From contig JAYKHR010000095.1 in the NCBI GenBank assembly GCA_035285125.1, positions 1 through 11,489 on the forward strand: a DNA stretch of 11,489 nt, in the 5' to 3' direction. Below the pieces are notes generated by a model that saw nothing but the letters and a program-made list of their open reading frames with translations, was not told the origin of the DNA and searched no databases. Of this stretch, positions 7,700-11,489 are shown piece after piece. The position numbers were made by a program, and so were the translations under genes. Each line of letters opens with the position of its first letter. Position 1 is the first letter of the stretch. Origin of the DNA: Candidatus Sericytochromatia bacterium. Lineage in GTDB: Bacteria > Cyanobacteriota > Sericytochromatia > S15B-MN24 > JAQBPE01.

Positions 7700-8515
7700 T
7701 CAGCGCGCCGTGAAAGGGGCGAGGGCCTGCACCGAGAACCGGGAGCGCCAGCAGTTGCAGGCGGCCACCCCGTCTCCACCGGCGGACGCAACGGCCCAGA
7801 TCGCGCACTCCGGGCTGTGCGGCGCCTCGGTCCAGGCGAGCCGCAGGGCGTCCTCGAGGGCCGGCAGGTGCCGCAGGTCCACCTCCAGCTGCCGGATGCG
7901 GGCCTGCGTCGCGGCGAGCTCGATGCGGGCGCCGGCCACGGCAGCGTCGGCCTGGGCGCCGCGCGCCTCGGCCTCCTGGAGCCTGTCCACGTCAGCCGCC
8001 CGCTCATCGTCGCGGGCCTCCTGCAGCCGCCGCACGCGCTCGTTGAGGGTGATCAGGGTGTCCCGCACGCGCCAGCCGTGGCGCCAGGCCTGGTGCCCGA
8101 CCTCCTCGACGGGGTCCTCGACGCCGTACGGGTTGGCCTCGGGCCCGTCGCCACGGTTGCGGGCCACCACGCCCTCATGCTCGGCCTGCCGCCAGAGCTC
8201 CCCGCGGCGCGCCCGGGCCTGCAGCTCGCGGCGCTCCGCCTGCCAGGCGTCCAGCTCGGCCAGGTGGGCAGCCTGCCGCTCCTCGGCCGTGGCCAGCAGC
8301 TTGGTGAGGCGCTCGCGCTCGACCTCGAGCCGCAGCAGGCCCTCCGCCCGCACGAAGCCGGCCGCCACGAGGTCGGCGTGGGTGGCGACCTGGGTGCGCA
8401 CCAGGTCCGGCGAGGCGATCGCCACCACCCACTCCTCGGGCCCCTGCCCCACGTCGGTGGTGAAGACGATGCCGCTTTGCCGCACCAGCGCCTGAAAGTC
8501 TTGGTCTGGTTCCAT
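7700..8515 (-). CDS. Uncharacterised coiled-coil protein with internal Rmf/CrpP-like motif and C-terminal H/C/CxC cluster (271 aa)
   Basis: ATG 8515 (MEPDQDF...) is preferred over the ORF-track start at 8623 because a sigma70-like promoter lies between them. Typical GC-ending codons; E/R/A/L heptad-rich helices; GVVARNRGDGPEANPY...AWRHGWR; HSPEC...CNCW. Confidence 0.75.
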   Translation of the reverse strand: MEPDQDFQALVRQSGIVFTTDVGQGPEEWVVAIASPDLVRTQVATHADLVAAGFVRAEGLLRLEVERERLTKLLATAEERQAAHLAELDAWQAERRELQARARRGELWRQAEHEGVVARNRGDGPEANPYGVEDPVEEVGHQAWRHGWRVRDTLITLNERVRRLQEARDDERAADVDRLQEAEARGAQADAAVAGARIELAATQARIRQLEVDLRHLPALEDALRLAWTEAPHSPECAIWAVASAGGDGVAACNCWRSRFSVQALAPFTAR

Positions 8516-8559
8516 GGTTTGCACGCCCACCGGGCGCGCCCCGGACGCGACCCGTTCCA

Positions 8560-8588
8560 ATTCTATGCGAGCCGGCGCGCGATGACCA
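8560..8588 (-). promoter_or_regulatory. Putative sigma70-type promoter for the coiled-coil gene
   Basis: Minus strand TGGTCA (8588-8583), 17 nt spacer, TAGAAT (8565-8560), 44 nt upstream of ATG 8515. Confidence 0.55.
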
Positions 8589-8623
8589 CCGGTCAGACCA
8601 CCGCCAGGCCCCACCGCGGCCAC

Positions 8624-10501
8624 CTACTCGAACACCGAGAGGCGCGGCGGCCCGGCCTGCCCGACCCAGACCCCGCCGTCGCCCGGGTGGATGGCGAGGC
8701 CGAGCAGGCCCGCCACCTCGATCGGGCCGAGCCGTCCGGCAGCCGGGCCCACGCCGAGCCCCAGCGTGCGAACCTCGACGGGGGCGTCCGCCTCGAAGCG
8801 CACCCAGCGTACCAGGGCGTTGCCAGGGTCAGCGACGAACAGATCCCCGGAGGGAGCAAAGGCCAGGCGACCCGGGCCCCGGAAGCGCACGCGGTCGAGC
8901 GGCAGCGCGTCGGCGAAGCCCGCGACGCGGGGGTCGGTGCCCGTGGCCGTGGGGGCCACCGGGCCGACGGGCGTCGAGACCTGGCCGCCTGCCCCCCCAG
9001 GGGCCTCCCGGATGACGCGGAGGTTGCCGGCCTCCGCGTCGGCCACCCAGACCTCCCGGGTGTCGCCCACCCAGCGCGCGGCGAGGCCGGCTGGCCGCCG
9101 GAAGCGGGCCTCGGCCGCAGCGCCGTCCGCGACGCCCGCGCCCGTGCCACCGGCATGGGCCGTGACCTCCCCCGTCTCGGCGTCCACCGCGAGCACCCGG
9201 GTGCCGTCCACCACGAAGAGCGTCCGCCGCCCGTCGAAGGCCAGGGCCTCGGGGCGGTTCAGGCGCGCCTCCCGGCCGAGCCCCTCGAAGAACCCCGCCT
9301 GCCCGTCCCCGGCGAGCACCGTCACCTCCTGCACCGCGCCATCCTCCAGCCGGATGCGCCGCAACACGTGGTTGTCGCGGTCCGCCACGACGAGGGTGTC
9401 CGCGTCGAGCGCGACGACGTCGGCAAGGCCCCGGAAGCGGGCCTCCTCGGCCCCGGCGACGTCCGCCGCGTCGCCAGCCTCAGGGCCCCCCACCACCCCC
9501 ACCAGCCGGCCATCCGGCTGGAGCCGGCGCAGCGCGTGGCGCTCGGGGTCGACGACGTAGAGCGCCCCCGTGGGCGTGAAGGCCAGCGCAGGGGGTCCCG
9601 CGGGCATGGCCTGCCCCACGGCCCGCAGGCGCGTCCACCCGGCGACGCCTCCCAGGGGCGTCGGCGTCCGCCCCACCCAGGGCGCCCACGTGGGGCGGGG
9701 GGTCGGCGCCGGGGGCGCCGTGGGCAGCGCCGTGATCATCGGCTGCGGCGCCGTGAGGGCCACCTCCTGCGGCTGCGGGGAGGGCAGGGGCCGCGTCAGC
9801 TCGCGCACGGCCTGGGCCAGCGCCGGGTCGCCGGCCTCCAGCCTGCGCACCTCGGCCGCGAGGCGCGCAGGATCCGTGAGGCTTGCGATCATGTCCCGAT
9901 CGAGCGCCCGGCGCACCCCGAGCGCGGCCTGGGCGAACGCAGCCGCCCGGACGGCCGTGAGCGTCACGCCGAGGTCCAGCTGGGCCCGGGCCGCCACGGC
10001 GGTGGTGGCCAGATCGAGGTCGTGCTCGCCGCCGTCGTCGACGCGCACGAGGGCCTCGAGGGCCGCCAGGCCCTGCGCCGTGCGGACGCCCGCCCGCACC
10101 ACGCAGCCCGTGCCCGCCCCCAGCCCCGGCAGCCGGAACCGCCCGTCGGCCCCCGTGAGCACAGGGTCACCGAGGGGCTTGCCGCCGGCGTCGAAGGCCT
10201 GCACCTGGGCCCCCGCCAGCGGGCGCTGCTCGAGGGCCCGCAACCCGTAGGCCGCCGGGGACCGCACCGCCCCCACGATGGCGAGGTTCATCGCCCCGGC
10301 CGCCGCGACCCCCTCGGGCGCGCGCACCGAGCCGACCACGACAACGGGCGCCGTCGGGGGGAGCGCCGGCGAGCCAGCCCCAGCCGCCGCGACGGTGACC
10401 ACGGAGGGCGAGGGGCCAACGGGGGCAGGCACGGGGCCGCAGGCCCCCAGCAGCAGGAGGCCGACGAGCGGCAACGGGGCGCAAGCGAAGCGTCCGGACA
10501 C
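8624..10501 (-). CDS. Lipoprotein with carboxypeptidase-regulatory-like domain and NHL-repeat beta-propeller (625 aa)
   Basis: GTG at 10501 with GGAGG 8 nt upstream (10514-10510); signal peptide ending LVGLLLLGAC; PLAGAQVQAFDAGG...TGADGRFRLPGL; NHL repeats such as LYVVDPERHALRRL, LVVADRDNHVLRRI, VLAGDGQAGFFEGLGREARLNRPEALAFD, LFVADPGNALVRWV. Confidence 0.87.
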   Translation of the reverse strand: MSGRFACAPLPLVGLLLLGACGPVPAPVGPSPSVVTVAAAGAGSPALPPTAPVVVVGSVRAPEGVAAAGAMNLAIVGAVRSPAAYGLRALEQRPLAGAQVQAFDAGGKPLGDPVLTGADGRFRLPGLGAGTGCVVRAGVRTAQGLAALEALVRVDDGGEHDLDLATTAVAARAQLDLGVTLTAVRAAAFAQAALGVRRALDRDMIASLTDPARLAAEVRRLEAGDPALAQAVRELTRPLPSPQPQEVALTAPQPMITALPTAPPAPTPRPTWAPWVGRTPTPLGGVAGWTRLRAVGQAMPAGPPALAFTPTGALYVVDPERHALRRLQPDGRLVGVVGGPEAGDAADVAGAEEARFRGLADVVALDADTLVVADRDNHVLRRIRLEDGAVQEVTVLAGDGQAGFFEGLGREARLNRPEALAFDGRRTLFVVDGTRVLAVDAETGEVTAHAGGTGAGVADGAAAEARFRRPAGLAARWVGDTREVWVADAEAGNLRVIREAPGGAGGQVSTPVGPVAPTATGTDPRVAGFADALPLDRVRFRGPGRLAFAPSGDLFVADPGNALVRWVRFEADAPVEVRTLGLGVGPAAGRLGPIEVAGLLGLAIHPGDGGVWVGQAGPPRLSVFE

Positions 10502-10521
10502 GGGGCGGGCCTCCGCCGGCG

Positions 10522-10698
10522 TTATACCCCCGCGCGGCTGGGTTTGCGCTCGGCAAGCGCCGCGAGCAGCGCCAGGCGGCCGGGGGCATCCAGGGTGGGC
10601 CAGGCGCCGATCTCGGCGGCGGTGCGCAGGCAGCCCACGCACAGGCGGGTCGCGGGGTCGAGGCGGCAGATCTTGATGCAGGGCGAGGGCACGTCCAT
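10522..10698 (-). CDS. DUF1289-family small Cys-rich protein, predicted Fe-S/metal binding (58 aa)
   Basis: MDVPSPCIKICRLDPATRLCVGCLRTAAEIGAW matches the SPCxxxC...CxGCxRTxxEIxxW pattern of DUF1289. ATG at 10698. Confidence 0.88.
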   Translation of the reverse strand: MDVPSPCIKICRLDPATRLCVGCLRTAAEIGAWPTLDAPGRLALLAALAERKPSRAGV

Positions 10699-10704
10699 GG
10701 CCCC

Positions 10705-10713
10705 ATGGTAGCA
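10705..10713 (-). promoter_or_regulatory. Putative extended -10 promoter (TGnTACCAT), leaderless-type, for the DUF1289 gene
   Basis: Minus strand TG-C-TACCAT ends 6 nt before ATG 10698; no SD is visible. Confidence 0.55.
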
Positions 10714-10760
10714 GGCTGCGGGTAAAGTGGACGCGGCTGATGCACGGAAAGGAGCCGACG

Positions 10761-11489
10761 ATGCGGCTGGATGGGCAGGTGGCGATCGTGACGGGGGCCG
10801 GGCGCGGCATCGGGGCCGCGACGGCACGGCTGCTCGCCGAGGCGGGCGCCCGGGTGGCCGTCGTCGACCTCGCCGGGGCCGAGGCCGCCGCCGAGGCCCT
10901 CCTGGCCGACGGACTGGAGGCCCTCGGCGTGGCGGCGGACGTCTCGCGCGCGGCCGACATGGCCCACATGGCCGAGGCCGTGCTGGCCCGCTGGGGGCGC
11001 CTCGACGTGCTGGTGAACAACGCCGGCATCACCGCGGACGCGCGGGTGTCGAAGCTGACGGAGGAGGCCTTCGAGCGGGTGCTCGACGTGAACCTCAAGG
11101 GCGTGCTCCTCGCGACCCAGGCCGTGCTGCCCGCAATGCGCGCGCAGGGGCGCGGGAAGCTGATCAACGCGGCGAGCACGGTGGGGCTGCACGGGAACTT
11201 CGGGCAGACGAACTACGCCGCCGCCAAGGGCGGCGTGATCGCGATGACCAAGACCTGGGCCAAGGAACTCGGCCCCGAGGGCATCACGGCCAACGCCGTG
11301 GCGCCTGGCTTCGTGCGCACCGAGATGACGGCGACGGTGCCCGCCAAGGTGCTGGAGGCGGCCCGCGAGCGCACGCCTCTGCGGCGCCTCGGCGAGCCGG
11401 AGGACCTGGCCCGCGTCTACTTGTTCCTGGCCTCGCCGCTCTCGGACTTCGTCAACGGCCAGGTGATCACCGTCGACGGGGGCATGTCG
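10761..11489 (+). CDS. fabG: Classical SDR oxidoreductase, FabG/3-oxoacyl-ACP reductase-like (3' end beyond the window)
   Basis: Absent from the ORF track because no stop lies in the window. Manual translation: MRLDGQVAIVTGAGRGIG...LDVLVNNAGITAD...GNFGQTNYAAAKGGVIAMTKTWAKELG...VAPGFVRTEMT...VITVDGGMS, with TGxxxGxG, NNAG and YxxxK motifs. SD AAGGAG at 10749-10754; -10-like TAAAGT at 10723-10728. It may be a FabG paralog, so the symbol is tentative. Confidence 0.9.
   Translation, partial: MRLDGQVAIVTGAGRGIGAATARLLAEAGARVAVVDLAGAEAAAEALLADGLEALGVAADVSRAADMAHMAEAVLARWGRLDVLVNNAGITADARVSKLTEEAFERVLDVNLKGVLLATQAVLPAMRAQGRGKLINAASTVGLHGNFGQTNYAAAKGGVIAMTKTWAKELGPEGITANAVAPGFVRTEMTATVPAKVLEAARERTPLRRLGEPEDLARVYLFLASPLSDFVNGQVITVDGGMS

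Noticed and set aside
7463..10711. 1082-aa plus-strand ORF
   Set aside because: Antisense shadow of four well-supported minus-strand genes; R/G/A/P/H-rich with no motifs. Long stop-free shadow frames are expected at this GC content.
10502..11179. N-terminal 226-aa extension of the 851-aa minus-strand ORF
   Set aside because: It overlaps DUF1289 and is antisense to the SDR gene. The SD, GTG and signal peptide at 10501 define the real start.
1..11489. Defence island or prophage
   Set aside because: Apart from one MTase there is no nuclease, helicase, integrase, transposase or phage structural gene, and the context includes ordinary chromosomal genes (EamA, DUF1289, SDR).

Overview
Very GC-rich bacterial chromosomal window with nine credible genes and no rRNA, tRNA, CRISPR array or mobile element. 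Plus strand: an acidic lipoprotein with NHL-like repeats (57-1934) followed by an intrinsic terminator; a short orphan type III Mod-like adenine DNA methyltransferase (2050-3300); and two tandem paralogous Pro-rich lipoproteins with carboxypeptidase-regulatory-like and Ig-like domains (3377-4969, 5006-6688). Minus strand, in transcription order: a small DUF1289-like Cys protein (10698-10522), an NHL-repeat lipoprotein (10501-8624), an uncharacterised coiled-coil protein (8515-7700) and an EamA/DMT transporter (7621-6689). A FabG-like SDR starts divergently at 10761 and runs off the window. The most unusual item is the coiled-coil protein, which carries an embedded ribosome-modulation-factor (Rmf/CrpP)-like motif and a C-terminal H/C/CxC putative metal site. 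Also notable are the orphan Mod-like MTase, four large lipoproteins in about 10.5 kb, and repeated leaderless-type -10 elements. I cannot support a complete new multi-gene system from sequence alone. All family assignments come from motifs recognised by eye, not from database searches.
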